Assembly: GCA_964654705.1 (NCBI GenBank)
Contig: CAZZLP010000001.1
Coordinates: forward strand, 1-35,014
Direction: 5' to 3'
DNA length: 35,014 nucleotides
Source: an uncultured Chitinophaga sp.
Lineage (GTDB): Bacteria; Bacteroidota; Bacteroidia; Chitinophagales; Chitinophagaceae
The translations under genes and the position numbers were made by a program. The notes below the pieces were generated by a model. That model did not search any database. It saw nothing but the letters and a program-made list of their open reading frames with translations, and was not told the DNA's origin. Below are positions 19,009 through 29,018 of this stretch, one piece after another. Within the stretch, counting starts at the first letter, position 1; each line of letters begins with the position of its first letter.

Positions 19009-19095
19009 TTTTTTTTACCCGGTACAATAACGAAGCCCCTTTTGCGTTTTAGAAAGTAGCTGCCCCCCCCAAAAGCTGCTTTTAAATTCGCTTCC

Positions 19096-19332
19096 ATGAG
19101 CAATTTTACCCCCGAAGACCTCTTACTTTACCTCTACAACGACATGGATGCGGCCACCCGGCTGCAGGTAGAGGGCCAGCTCGAAAAAGACTGGACCCTG
19201 CGTGAAAAATTGGCCGTCCTCAAAACCGCCAAAGACCGCCTGAACCGTCTTACAGAGACTCCCCGCACCGAAGCGATCTTGAACATCATGCATAAGGCCG
19301 CCGAAAAGCTGACCGAGTCGGTTCGTTCCTGA
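19096..19332 (+). CDS. Small hypothetical protein, anti-sigma-domain-like
   Basis: 78-aa ORF filling the gap, with TAAATTCG 5 nt upstream. EDLLLYLYNDM...RLQVEGQL resembles anti-sigma N-terminal helices. Confidence 0.7.
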   Translation: MSNFTPEDLLLYLYNDMDAATRLQVEGQLEKDWTLREKLAVLKTAKDRLNRLTETPRTEAILNIMHKAAEKLTESVRS

Positions 19333-19431
19333 TCTTGCGCTATGCAGTACTTCTCTCGACGCTGCTGCAAAAAGAGAATTTCAACCTTAGTAGAGATTTT
19401 TGGTCTTGCCCCTGCATAGTATCTTGCACCC

Positions 19432-20094
19432 ATGACCCGTGCCGAAAAATACCGGGAGGTAACCGATTACTTTCTGGCCCATGCCCCCGCTGCCGAAACG
19501 GAATTACTCTACGAGAATCCCTACCAGCTACTGGTCGCAGTGATCTTATCGGCCCAGTGTACCGATAAACGGGTCAACCAAACGACACCGGCTCTTTTTG
19601 CCGCCTACCCTACTCTTACATCGCTGGCAAAGGCCACTGCCGAAGAAGTTTTTACGCTAATAAAAAGTATCTCTTATCCCAACAATAAGGCCAAGCACCT
19701 GGTATCGATGGCCAATAAGGTGATCGATGATTTTAAGGGGGTCATTCCGATGAGCGTGGAGCAATTGGTACAATTGCCCGGTGTGGGAAGAAAGACCGCC
19801 AACGTTATTACTTCGGTCATCGATCAACAACCCAATATGGCGGTAGATACGCACGTCTTTAGGGTCAGCCATCGGTTGGGACTAGTACCTGCTACCGCCA
19901 CCACGCCATTAGCAGTAGAAAAATGGCTGATACGTTATTTTCCTGCAGCCCTGGTTCACAAGGCGCATCATTGGCTAATCTTACATGGTCGCTATACCTG
20001 TATGGCCCGAAGCCCCCACTGTGAAGGTTGTGGATTAAAATCTATTTGTCGCTATTACGTAAAACAGCAGCGGGCAGCCGCAAAAAAAAATTAG
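19432..20094 (+). CDS. nth: Endonuclease III
   Basis: LLVAVILSAQCTD, HhH LPGVGRKTANV, AVDTHVFRV and 4Fe-4S motif CMARSPHCEGCGLKSIC. Confidence 0.96.
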   Translation: MTRAEKYREVTDYFLAHAPAAETELLYENPYQLLVAVILSAQCTDKRVNQTTPALFAAYPTLTSLAKATAEEVFTLIKSISYPNNKAKHLVSMANKVIDDFKGVIPMSVEQLVQLPGVGRKTANVITSVIDQQPNMAVDTHVFRVSHRLGLVPATATTPLAVEKWLIRYFPAALVHKAHHWLILHGRYTCMARSPHCEGCGLKSICRYYVKQQRAAAKKN

Positions 20095-20134
20095 CAGGGC
20101 AGAAACGCAGCTAACCGAGATCGATGAGAAGTCT

Positions 20135-20155
20135 AGCGGTGTGCGCAACGCCGCT
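20135..20155. terminator. Possible hairpin between convergent nth and oxidoreductase genes
   Basis: AGCGGTGT-GCGCA-ACGCCGCT forms an 8-bp stem with one G-U pair on the + strand. There is no clear U-tract. Confidence 0.3.
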
Positions 20156-21999
20156 TAGAGCATGCCTTGCAAATGCGCCACGAGTTCGGTCTTGGTAATG
20201 GGTACTCCCATCACTTTATTGTATCCCTTTGCATCGACCAGGTAAACGTCACGGATGATCTTGATAAGTTGTCCGCTGTTGATCTCAGGGATCAGCACTT
20301 GCTCAAAGTTGCTTAAGATAGCTCCTAGGTTCTTAGGAAAAGGCCGAACGTAACGAAGGTGCGCATGACTAACGGCATGTCCTTGCTGCTGCAAGACCGA
20401 TACGGCCGATTTGATGGCCCCATAGGTAGAACCCCACCCGAGTACCAAGATCTTACCCGATGCGGGACCGCTATCGAGTTGTTGCTCGGGTATATGATCG
20501 GCAATACGATCTACTTTCTCTTGCCGAATGTTAACCATGAGCTGGTGGTTCTCGGGTTCGTAGTTTACGTTACCAGTTATGTTTTGCTTTTCGAGTCCGC
20601 CAATGCGATGCTCGAGACCAGCCGTTCCGGGCAAGGCCCAGGGTCTTGCTAACTTTTCGTCGCGTTGATAAGGTAAATACTTCTCTTCTCCTTCGGCCAG
20701 TTGCGTTTTGAATTGCACCTTGATGGCGGGCAGGTCCTTGGTTTGCGGATAACGCCAGGGTTCGGCCCCATTGGCAATATAGCCATCACTCAAGAACATA
20801 ACCGGGGTCATGTGTTGTACGGCTATGCGCACGGCTTCGTAGACCGCACTAAAACAATCGGCCGGAGTAGAAGCGGCGATGACCGGCATAGGACATTCAC
20901 CGTTACGACCATAATAGGCCTGCAAAAGATCGCTTTGCTCGGTCTTGGTAGGCAAGCCCGTCGAAGGGCCCCCTCTTTGAATATTGATAACGAGTAAGGG
21001 AATCTCGAGCATGACGGCCAATCCCATCGCTTCGCCTTTTAAGGCAATACCTGGACCACTCGAAGTAGTCACGCCCAGCGATCCGCCATAAGAGGCCCCA
21101 ATAGCAGAGGTGATCGCTGCGATCTCATCTTCGGCCTGAAAGGTTCTAACACCAAAGTTTTTGTATTTGGAAAGGTCATGTAAGATGTCAGAGGCGGGTG
21201 TGATTGGATAAGAACCCAAAAATAGCGGAAGACCGCTTTGCTGCGAAGCAGCGATAAGCCCCAACGACAACGATTGATTACCCATAATGGAACGATATGA
21301 TCCGGGTTCCATGCGGGCACGCTCGACCGTATAGGTGGTGTGAAAGGTCTCGGTGGTATCTCCATAATTATAACCGGCCTGTAATACCTTGATGTTACTG
21401 TCGAGGATATCGGGTTTTTTAGAAAATTTATCTTTTAAGAACTGGATGGTATTGGTCATATCGCGCCCGTACATCCAATACAAAAAGCCCAATACGAACA
21501 TATTCTTAGCCCGGTCTTTTTCTTTCATACCAAGGGCTGCATCCTTTAATGACTCTCGGGTCATCTTGGTCACATCCATGCGAATCAACTCGTAATTGGT
21601 AAGAGAACCGTCTTCGAGCGGATTAACACCATCGGGATAGTTGGCCAGTCGCAGGTTCTTGGCATCGAAGCCATCGGTATTGGCAATAATCTTGCCACCT
21701 TTCTTGAGCGCTTTGAGATTTACTTTTAGCGCCGCAGCATTCATGGCCACGAGCACATCACAGACATCGCCGGGGGTAAAGACGCGGTCGGAAGAGAACC
21801 GCAGCTGAAATCCGCTTACTCCCGGCAAGGTTCCCTGTGGCGCTCTGATCTCGGCCGGAAAATCAGGAAAAGTAGCCAGGTCTATTCCAAGCAGTGCGGT
21901 ATTGGTGGTAAACTGACTGCCGGTCAGCTGCATGCCATCGCCGCTGTCTCCGGCGAATTTGATCACCACATCCTGTAAGGTCTCTTGCTTTCGGGTCAT
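20155..21999 (-). CDS. korA: 2-oxoacid:ferredoxin oxidoreductase subunit alpha (gamma-alpha fusion, KorA-like)
   Basis: FAGDSGDGMQLTG, PAEIRAP, YPITPAS, QAEDEIAA, QRGGPSTGLPTK and LGWGSTYG. Confidence 0.9.
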   Translation of the reverse strand: MTRKQETLQDVVIKFAGDSGDGMQLTGSQFTTNTALLGIDLATFPDFPAEIRAPQGTLPGVSGFQLRFSSDRVFTPGDVCDVLVAMNAAALKVNLKALKKGGKIIANTDGFDAKNLRLANYPDGVNPLEDGSLTNYELIRMDVTKMTRESLKDAALGMKEKDRAKNMFVLGFLYWMYGRDMTNTIQFLKDKFSKKPDILDSNIKVLQAGYNYGDTTETFHTTYTVERARMEPGSYRSIMGNQSLSLGLIAASQQSGLPLFLGSYPITPASDILHDLSKYKNFGVRTFQAEDEIAAITSAIGASYGGSLGVTTSSGPGIALKGEAMGLAVMLEIPLLVINIQRGGPSTGLPTKTEQSDLLQAYYGRNGECPMPVIAASTPADCFSAVYEAVRIAVQHMTPVMFLSDGYIANGAEPWRYPQTKDLPAIKVQFKTQLAEGEEKYLPYQRDEKLARPWALPGTAGLEHRIGGLEKQNITGNVNYEPENHQLMVNIRQEKVDRIADHIPEQQLDSGPASGKILVLGWGSTYGAIKSAVSVLQQQGHAVSHAHLRYVRPFPKNLGAILSNFEQVLIPEINSGQLIKIIRDVYLVDAKGYNKVMGVPITKTELVAHLQGML

Positions 22000-22029
22000 T
22001 TATTGATTAGCGGTAGATTCAAAACGAAT

Positions 22030-25000
22030 TTAAGCATTCTTTTGCTTCAACTGTCCCATCCACACCGAACGCCCCTGCCATTTTCGGACCAAAAGCATCA
22101 ACCCCACAAAAATAAAAAAGAACGGGCCGGTAAAACCCAGCAAGGCAATATAGCGGGTACCATAGAATTTTTCCATCGGACGACGCAGCCGTTCGGCGAT
22201 CAGGTACATGCCGGGCACCAGCAACAGCGTCAAAAAGAACGAGAAAATGAGTCCGAAGATAATGGTCCAGCTGAGCGGACCCCAGAAGACCACGCTGTCG
22301 CCGCCAAAGAAGATATTAGGGCGCCCCTGTTGGAACAAGCCGGCAAAATCAATATTGAAGCCCACGGCCAACGGTAACAATCCTAAGATAGTGGCCACAG
22401 CGGTCAGTAGCACGGGAATGATCCTGATCTTTCCGGCCTGTATGGCTGCTTCGCGGGTACGATACCCCCGGGTACGCAGCTCGTCGGTAAATTCGATCAG
22501 CAAAATTCCGTTCTTGATAACGATACCGGCCAGCCCCACGATGCCCACGCCCACCATAATAGAGGCCAACGTGATACCGCTGAGTGCATAGCCTAAAAAG
22601 ACCCCGATTACCGAGAAGAAGATTTCGGTAATAACAATAAAAGGCTTGCTCATGCTGTTGAACTGCAACACCAGTATTAAAAAGATGATGCCAATGGCCA
22701 TCAGCAAGGCCGTTCCCAAGAAAGCCTGTGTTTCTTTTTCTTGTTCACTTTGCCCGCTTTGACGAATAACGACATTTTCCGGAAGGGCATTTTTTTGTCT
22801 GAAGTCGACGATCTTATCGGCGAGCTCCGCATTGATGCGCGTTACTTGTGTAGGGTCGGTAACACTGCTTTGCAACTGAATGGTACGACGTACATTTTTG
22901 CGCTTGATCCCTCCGGCAGTATTCGTATACGAGAGAGTGGCTACAGCACCGAGCGGTACCGATTTGATCTGCATCGTGTTCATATCCATAAACACCACCC
23001 GCATATTAAGCAGGTCCTCTACATTACCACGATATTGGGGCCCGTAGCGCAATTGAATCTTATATTCATCTTCGCCATCTTTGACCTTGCTGATCTCTTT
23101 TCCGAATTGCGCAGTGCGCAGCGCCATACCGATCTGTGCGGTGCTGATCCCCTCCATGGTACTTCTGGCGCGATCGACCGCAATGGTGATCTCTGGATTG
23201 TTGAGGTCCACATCGGCCTTAAGACTGGAGATGCCCTCTACTTTATGTTGGTCGAGGTACTGAAGCAACCGAGTCGATACCTGTGACAGCTCATCGAAAT
23301 CATCGCCTACAATCTCTATGTTGACCGGAGGATCAGTGGGCGGACCATTGGTCTCTTGATCGACCTCTACGCTGACTCCGGGTATACCTTGAACCACTTG
23401 GCGAATAGCGGTCAGGTAGGGCGCCGATGATTGTCCATGGCGCTTTTCGAATTCCACGAAAGAAACCTGTATACGACCCAGGTGTGGTTGTACGCTGCGG
23501 TTATTGTCGCGTGGATTATTGGCACTGACCGCCACATTACTGATCACACTTTCTACGATTGAGCCCTCTTGACCGGGTGGTTGATCGCGCAGCACCGTCA
23601 TTACCCTTTTTTCGAGTACCCTGGTAACGCTGTCCGTATACTCTACATCGGTTCCGACGGGAAGCTTGGCATAGACATAGACAAAATTAGGATCGCCAGC
23701 AGGAAAGAAGGTCATCTTATTGCCGCGAAGTACCAGCAAAAACAGAGAGATCGCGAACAGCCCGAACAAAGAAGCGAACATCTTAGCCGGGCGTTTACCG
23801 ACCAGCAACCATCGAAGCAGCCGCTCGTAGCGAGCCATCAGACTTGGCAAGGTACGGTGCTGAAAATGATGGATCCATTGCTTGAGAGCATAGGAATAAA
23901 AAAGCATCAACGCCGCCATCAGGAGCAAGAAGTTGGCTACTCCATGAAATCCCACCAGGTGCAACAAGGCTCCGCCGATCAAAGAGACCCACCACCATCT
24001 GTTGCGAAAGACCGCTTTGGAGCGATGCGCTTCGATGGGCTCCTCGGGTTTCATAAAACTGACGGCAAAGACCGGATTAAATATAAAGGCCACCACCAGC
24101 GAAGCTGCCAGGGTAAGGATCAGCATAGTGGGCAGATAGATCATAAACTTACCAATGATACCCTTCCAGAACAATAGCGGGAAGAAAGGAGCCAGCGTAG
24201 TGGCCGTACCTGCCAGCACCGGAATAAATACTTCGCCAGCGGCCTCTTTGGCACTGCGTATGATGGGCACTTTACCATTTTGAAAAATACGGTGCGTATT
24301 TTCTATGACCACAATGGCATCGTCTACGATGATACCTAAACCGAACAGCAAGGCAAAGAGTACGATAAAGTTGAGCGTTACCGTACCTCCCACGATGGCA
24401 TTGGCGAGTGGCAAAAATAAAAAGGCCACAAAGACACTCAATGGAACACTGAGCGCCACAAAGAAGGCATTGGTAACCCCCATAAAGAACATCAGGATCA
24501 GCAATACCAAGACGAATCCGATAATGATCGTATTGATCAGTTCGTTGAAAGAAGTACGGGTACCCTTGCTCTGGTCGCCGGTAAAGACCACCTTGAGATC
24601 TTGCGGTAATTCATTTTTTTCTTGCAGCGAAGCGATTACTTCTTTAACCCCATCAGCAGTGCTGATCAGATTCTCTCCGGCACGCTTGACGATATTGAGC
24701 GTTACCACATTTTTTCCATTGAGCCTTGCATAGCTCTCTTTCTCTTTGATGGTATCGATGACCTGTGCTACGTCGCGTAAATAGACCGACGCCCCCCGGG
24801 CACTGCTGCGCACTACGATATTTTGCATATCGGCCGCTTGCTTGAACTGTCCTTTTACCCGAAGGGTACGCTTCATATTGCCCACTTCGACCTGCCCACC
24901 GGTAATGTCCATGTTCTCACGCACAATAGCGTTTTCGATATCCATAAAACTTATCTTGGCCGCCGTCATCCGATACGGATCGACATTGACCTGTATCTCT

Positions 25001-25587
25001 CGCTCAGGAGCACCCACGATCTCTACCCTGGTCACGCTCGGCAACTCCTCTACGCGATCTTGGATCTTATCGGCATACTTCTTTAATTTCATGCCATCGA
25101 AATCGCCACTTATATTGACGAACATGATGGGGATCTCGCTGAGCGAAAATTCTTGAACATCAGGGGCGCTGGTCAGATCGCTCGGTAAATTGGGCTTGGC
25201 CTTATCGACCGCATCCTTGACCTTTTGCTTGGCGATATCGGTCTTTACATCGGTATCGAACTCGACCACGATCAGGGCGTAATCAGTCTGCGACGTACTG
25301 GTGATCTTATTGACCTTGGCCCCGCTGATCCCTTTTAATTGTTTTTCGATAGGACGAGTGACCAAGTTCTCGATGTCTTTTGGCGAATTACCCACGTATA
25401 CGGTAGTAATGGAGATCGTGGGTACCACCACATCCGGAAACTGTTCCTTGGGCAAGTTGATAAAACGAAAATACCCGAACAGCGAAATAAGCATGGCAAT
25501 AATGTAGACCGCCGTGCGGTTATCGATCGACCAACTGGTGGGGCCGAATTCCTTAAATTTCTTTGCAATACCTTCTGTCAGTTTCAT
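22030..25587 (-). CDS. RND efflux transporter permease (AcrB/AcrD/AcrF family)
   Basis: LPKEQFP, proton-relay motifs GIIVDDAIVVIEN and GIVIKNGILLIEF, and RIIPVLLTA. 1185 aa. Confidence 0.95.
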   Translation of the reverse strand: MKLTEGIAKKFKEFGPTSWSIDNRTAVYIIAMLISLFGYFRFINLPKEQFPDVVVPTISITTVYVGNSPKDIENLVTRPIEKQLKGISGAKVNKITSTSQTDYALIVVEFDTDVKTDIAKQKVKDAVDKAKPNLPSDLTSAPDVQEFSLSEIPIMFVNISGDFDGMKLKKYADKIQDRVEELPSVTRVEIVGAPEREIQVNVDPYRMTAAKISFMDIENAIVRENMDITGGQVEVGNMKRTLRVKGQFKQAADMQNIVVRSSARGASVYLRDVAQVIDTIKEKESYARLNGKNVVTLNIVKRAGENLISTADGVKEVIASLQEKNELPQDLKVVFTGDQSKGTRTSFNELINTIIIGFVLVLLILMFFMGVTNAFFVALSVPLSVFVAFLFLPLANAIVGGTVTLNFIVLFALLFGLGIIVDDAIVVIENTHRIFQNGKVPIIRSAKEAAGEVFIPVLAGTATTLAPFFPLLFWKGIIGKFMIYLPTMLILTLAASLVVAFIFNPVFAVSFMKPEEPIEAHRSKAVFRNRWWWVSLIGGALLHLVGFHGVANFLLLMAALMLFYSYALKQWIHHFQHRTLPSLMARYERLLRWLLVGKRPAKMFASLFGLFAISLFLLVLRGNKMTFFPAGDPNFVYVYAKLPVGTDVEYTDSVTRVLEKRVMTVLRDQPPGQEGSIVESVISNVAVSANNPRDNNRSVQPHLGRIQVSFVEFEKRHGQSSAPYLTAIRQVVQGIPGVSVEVDQETNGPPTDPPVNIEIVGDDFDELSQVSTRLLQYLDQHKVEGISSLKADVDLNNPEITIAVDRARSTMEGISTAQIGMALRTAQFGKEISKVKDGEDEYKIQLRYGPQYRGNVEDLLNMRVVFMDMNTMQIKSVPLGAVATLSYTNTAGGIKRKNVRRTIQLQSSVTDPTQVTRINAELADKIVDFRQKNALPENVVIRQSGQSEQEKETQAFLGTALLMAIGIIFLILVLQFNSMSKPFIVITEIFFSVIGVFLGYALSGITLASIMVGVGIVGLAGIVIKNGILLIEFTDELRTRGYRTREAAIQAGKIRIIPVLLTAVATILGLLPLAVGFNIDFAGLFQQGRPNIFFGGDSVVFWGPLSWTIIFGLIFSFFLTLLLVPGMYLIAERLRRPMEKFYGTRYIALLGFTGPFFFIFVGLMLLVRKWQGRSVWMGQLKQKNA

Positions 25588-25650
25588 GGCTGAGATTTTA
25601 TCGTAGCGGTGCGTAGTCGATGTTTTTTTCAGGAGTGCTGGCTTTTCTTT

Positions 25651-26862
25651 TTATTGAACCGGCTTAACGGGTTGGCCCTGATAAGCATCCTGAAACCCGC
25701 GGGTAATGAGCAGATCGCCCGACTTAAGTCCGGACTTTATTTCAATGACACCGGCGTAAGCCGCTCCGGTTACCACCGGTTGCTTTTGAGCCAAGAGCTG
25801 TTTGTCTTGAGCGACCGCCAAGTATACATAGCTGCCATTTTCGTCTTGCTGTACGGCATTGAGGGGAACAGTCAAGGCATTGTTATTTTGATAATCGATA
25901 ATGCGGACCTTGGCATTCTGGTTGGGTTTATACATAGGATGAGATGGTAGCGATGCTTCGGTGTTGAACGATCGGGTATTGGCATTGATGGCGACGCCAA
26001 CCACCGAGAGAGTCGTCATAAAAGAAGGCTGACCCGATTCGGCAATCTGGATCTCGGCCCGGCTGCCTTGCTTGACGAGCGAGACATAATTTTCCGGAAC
26101 AGCCGTGATGACTTTTAGCTGACTACTGTTAACGATGCGAATTCCCATACCGGGAGTAGCAGCTGCCTGCGGGGTAAACATCTCTCCTACTTTAACATTA
26201 AGCTCATCAATAACGCCACTGATCTCGGCTTTTACACGGGTCATATTTACTTGCTCTTGTGCCATGCCTACTTGCGCCTGTGCCGCTTTTAGTTGTGCCG
26301 AAAGGGCATCCACATCGGCCTTGGCATTGATAACACTGATCTCGGCTCCGATATTTTGTTTCCAGAGATTTTGATAACGTTCATAAATGGTAGTAGCCTG
26401 CGCCAGACGGGCCGACAAAATATTTACTTGCTGCTGTGCGGCTGTTAGTGATTGACGGGCTATAGCATCGTCGAGTACCAGTAAGGTTTGCCCCTTGGCT
26501 ACCCGCTGACCAGTTTTGATCAACACGGACTTGACCACACCGCCCATTCCCGATGGAGACACATAAGCCATCCCTTCTGCATCGACATGACCTTGCAGAT
26601 CGATATAGTGGGTAAAGGACTTGGTACGGACCGTATCGAGCGATACCAGTAGTGCCGTCTGGGTACCCAAAGGATCGGCCTTGGCCAGACGTACTTCGAG
26701 ATCGCGCAAAGTACTTTCAAGGGCGGCTTTCTCTTTTTTTACTTTTTCGATCTCGGACCGAAGCTGCTGCACATCGTTGGTCTTCTCTTTACTGCCGCCA
26801 CAAGCGATAAGGATGACGGCAGACGTTACCATGAGGATCAAATAAAAAGAATACTTTTTCAT
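25651..26862 (-). CDS. RND periplasmic adaptor subunit (MFP), lipoprotein
   Basis: Lipobox VILIAC, GQRVAKGQTL, KAEISGVI and IKSGLKSGD. Start taken at MKKYSF. Confidence 0.92.
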   Translation of the reverse strand: MKKYSFYLILMVTSAVILIACGGSKEKTNDVQQLRSEIEKVKKEKAALESTLRDLEVRLAKADPLGTQTALLVSLDTVRTKSFTHYIDLQGHVDAEGMAYVSPSGMGGVVKSVLIKTGQRVAKGQTLLVLDDAIARQSLTAAQQQVNILSARLAQATTIYERYQNLWKQNIGAEISVINAKADVDALSAQLKAAQAQVGMAQEQVNMTRVKAEISGVIDELNVKVGEMFTPQAAATPGMGIRIVNSSQLKVITAVPENYVSLVKQGSRAEIQIAESGQPSFMTTLSVVGVAINANTRSFNTEASLPSHPMYKPNQNAKVRIIDYQNNNALTVPLNAVQQDENGSYVYLAVAQDKQLLAQKQPVVTGAAYAGVIEIKSGLKSGDLLITRGFQDAYQGQPVKPVQ

Positions 26863-26938
26863 AGACGGTATTTTGATACGAGTGTTTTGATTTAATTTTT
26901 TTATTGGATGCATATGATCGATGGTATTAAAAGGGCTA

Positions 26939-28357
26939 TTACAATTTTCCGGTCGCCTTGAGCCAGTCGATACGCGCCATCATGGCATCGGAAAGCGCCG
27001 TTACATAATTGGTTTGTGCCGCCTTCCAATCGTTTTGCGCGATGTTGATCTCGGTCTGTGAGCCCATCCCCAGTTCGTACTTCTTTTTGACCTGTCCGTA
27101 CACCTTCTCTGCCAGCTCCAGATTTTGCTGCTGCACATCGAGCCGGGCAATGGCCGATTGAAAATTGTTACGGGCACTGGCCGCTTCGTTATCGATGGTA
27201 CGCTTGAGTCCTTCAATCTCATTGAGGGCTCGCTGCAATTCGATTCGGGTCTGACTAATACGTGATTTGGTTACAAACCCGTTAAAGAGCGGAACGGTCA
27301 TATTGATATTGATATTCGATATGGTAAACCAAGGGCGATTGGCTGTTAGAAAGTTCCAAGTGTTGCGCTGTGCGTTCTTAGCATAGACACCATTGAGCGC
27401 AATGGTAGGAATCTGACTTAGCTGGTAACGTTTAATATTGTACTCACTGAGTTGCTTACCGATCTGCGCGTACTGAAACTCCTTTCGGTCTTCGTATTTG
27501 TAATCGGCAGTAGCCAGCATACCCTCTTTTACCTGTGCAGGCGTTAGCGTATCGGTCAGCACGAGTTGCTCCTCTACCGGCATCCCCATCAATACTTTTA
27601 ATCCGTAGTACCCGTTCGACAAAAGATTCATCACTTTATTTCGCTCGGTCTGTAAATTGGCCAGCTGCACGCTTACCCGATCGATATCCAGTTTCTCTCT
27701 AAAACCGTTTTCGTAGAGCACCCGGGTATCAGCGAGGTTCTTGCTTACAAAAGCGATCGTAGAGTCGAGCAGTTCCAGTTGAGTGCTTCCTGCCAGCAAT
27801 TGATAATAGATCTTAAGCACATTGGCCTTGATGATCTCGCTGGTCAGCTCGGCTCCTTTTGTTGCAAAGGCGATCGAAGCGTCGCGGGCCTGCAACCCCA
27901 CAAATACCTGACCGTCAAAAAGCAGCTGCGACAGTGATACTGCCGCATTGGCACTATAACGAGTACCGAACTGCGCCGCTACGAACCCAAAGTCGTTCGG
28001 CATGGTAATAGCATTGCCATTGCCGTCTCTTACTCCCTTGTCGATGAGCACCTGATAGGTGGCAGGTGAAATAAAATTCGGTATCACCTGGGTAGCCACA
28101 TTGGGGTTGATCGTATTGCTGATACTTGCATTGAGATGCGGATAGGCACTGGCCGTGATCTGCCGATTGGTCTCTTGCTGCAGTTGAATGGCCAGCAGTG
28201 AATTCTTTACCTGCACGTTATTGGCCATGGCATAGTTGACCGCATCTTGTGCCGAAAAGGAATGAGTGCTGAGACGCGTGGTATCGGTACGATCGGCCGC
28301 CCTTGTGGCTGCTACAAAAAAGAATAAAACCGTTATCGATAGCAATGAATACTTCAT
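26939..28357 (-). CDS. TolC-family outer-membrane protein
   Basis: Signal peptide, AVNYAMANN, SQLLFDG, VPLFNGF and KKYELGMGS. Confidence 0.92.
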   Translation of the reverse strand: MKYSLLSITVLFFFVAATRAADRTDTTRLSTHSFSAQDAVNYAMANNVQVKNSLLAIQLQQETNRQITASAYPHLNASISNTINPNVATQVIPNFISPATYQVLIDKGVRDGNGNAITMPNDFGFVAAQFGTRYSANAAVSLSQLLFDGQVFVGLQARDASIAFATKGAELTSEIIKANVLKIYYQLLAGSTQLELLDSTIAFVSKNLADTRVLYENGFREKLDIDRVSVQLANLQTERNKVMNLLSNGYYGLKVLMGMPVEEQLVLTDTLTPAQVKEGMLATADYKYEDRKEFQYAQIGKQLSEYNIKRYQLSQIPTIALNGVYAKNAQRNTWNFLTANRPWFTISNININMTVPLFNGFVTKSRISQTRIELQRALNEIEGLKRTIDNEAASARNNFQSAIARLDVQQQNLELAEKVYGQVKKKYELGMGSQTEINIAQNDWKAAQTNYVTALSDAMMARIDWLKATGKL

Positions 28358-28363
28358 GTGCTT

Positions 28364-28975
28364 TTATTTTCTGCGTTCATTAATATATTGTTCGACCAGC
28401 GCACGCCCCCGAGGGGTCACCAGTCCATAGATAAAATTCTCAGAGATCAGCTTTGCCGTTGAGACCAGCGTGTAATGCTCCGGAGGAAATACCGACATGT
28501 TAAAGGGGATCATGATCGATTCGAGCCGGTACTTACTGATAATATCGGCATCGAGATCGGTGCGGTAATGTCCCTCTTGCTTACCTCTTTCGATATTCTT
28601 ACGCACACAGGCGAGCACAAATTCCTCTTTGTAACGGGTAAAAGCAGTATAGGCCAACGGATGAAATTTTTGCATATCCTGGATCACGATCGGATGCATA
28701 CTGGTAAAATCGATGATGATACGGTCCAGGATCAAAAAGAATTCATGGACCGCATTTTTCGCTTGGTTAGAGCAGGCCTCGAGTTCCAAACATTTTTGCT
28801 TAAAATGACGAGAGACCACCGTGGTCACCAATTGATCTTTGTCTTCGAAATATTGGTAGAGTGTCTTTTTGCTCATCCCCAGTTGGGCCGCGATATCGTC
28901 CATCGACACCGAGCGAATTCCCATCCGCATAAAGATGGACTCGGCACTTTGTAATATCCTTTCAGGGGTTTCCAT
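28364..28975 (-). CDS. TetR/AcrR-family transcriptional regulator
   Basis: HTH GIRSVSMDDIAAQLGMSKKTLYQYFEDKDQL. First gene of the efflux operon. Confidence 0.95.
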   Translation of the reverse strand: METPERILQSAESIFMRMGIRSVSMDDIAAQLGMSKKTLYQYFEDKDQLVTTVVSRHFKQKCLELEACSNQAKNAVHEFFLILDRIIIDFTSMHPIVIQDMQKFHPLAYTAFTRYKEEFVLACVRKNIERGKQEGHYRTDLDADIISKYRLESIMIPFNMSVFPPEHYTLVSTAKLISENFIYGLVTPRGRALVEQYINERRK

Positions 28976-29009
28976 GCAGCAATGAATTCAGTTTTCGGTT
29001 TTTGGCCCA

Positions 29010-29017
29010 CAAAACTA
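29010..29017 (-). promoter_or_regulatory. -7 element TAGTTTTG for the tetR-tolC-MFP-RND operon
   Basis: TAnnTTTG match 34 nt upstream of the TetR ATG. Confidence 0.68.
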
Positions 29018-29018
29018 T

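Noticed and set aside
20082-20090. A9 run at the end of nth as a phase-variation site
   Set aside because: It lies in the last codons, after the 4Fe-4S motif, so slippage would change only the tail.
21985-25593. Series of plus-strand ORFs (up to 202 aa) opposite the RND gene
   Set aside because: These are antisense shadows of a long membrane-protein gene.
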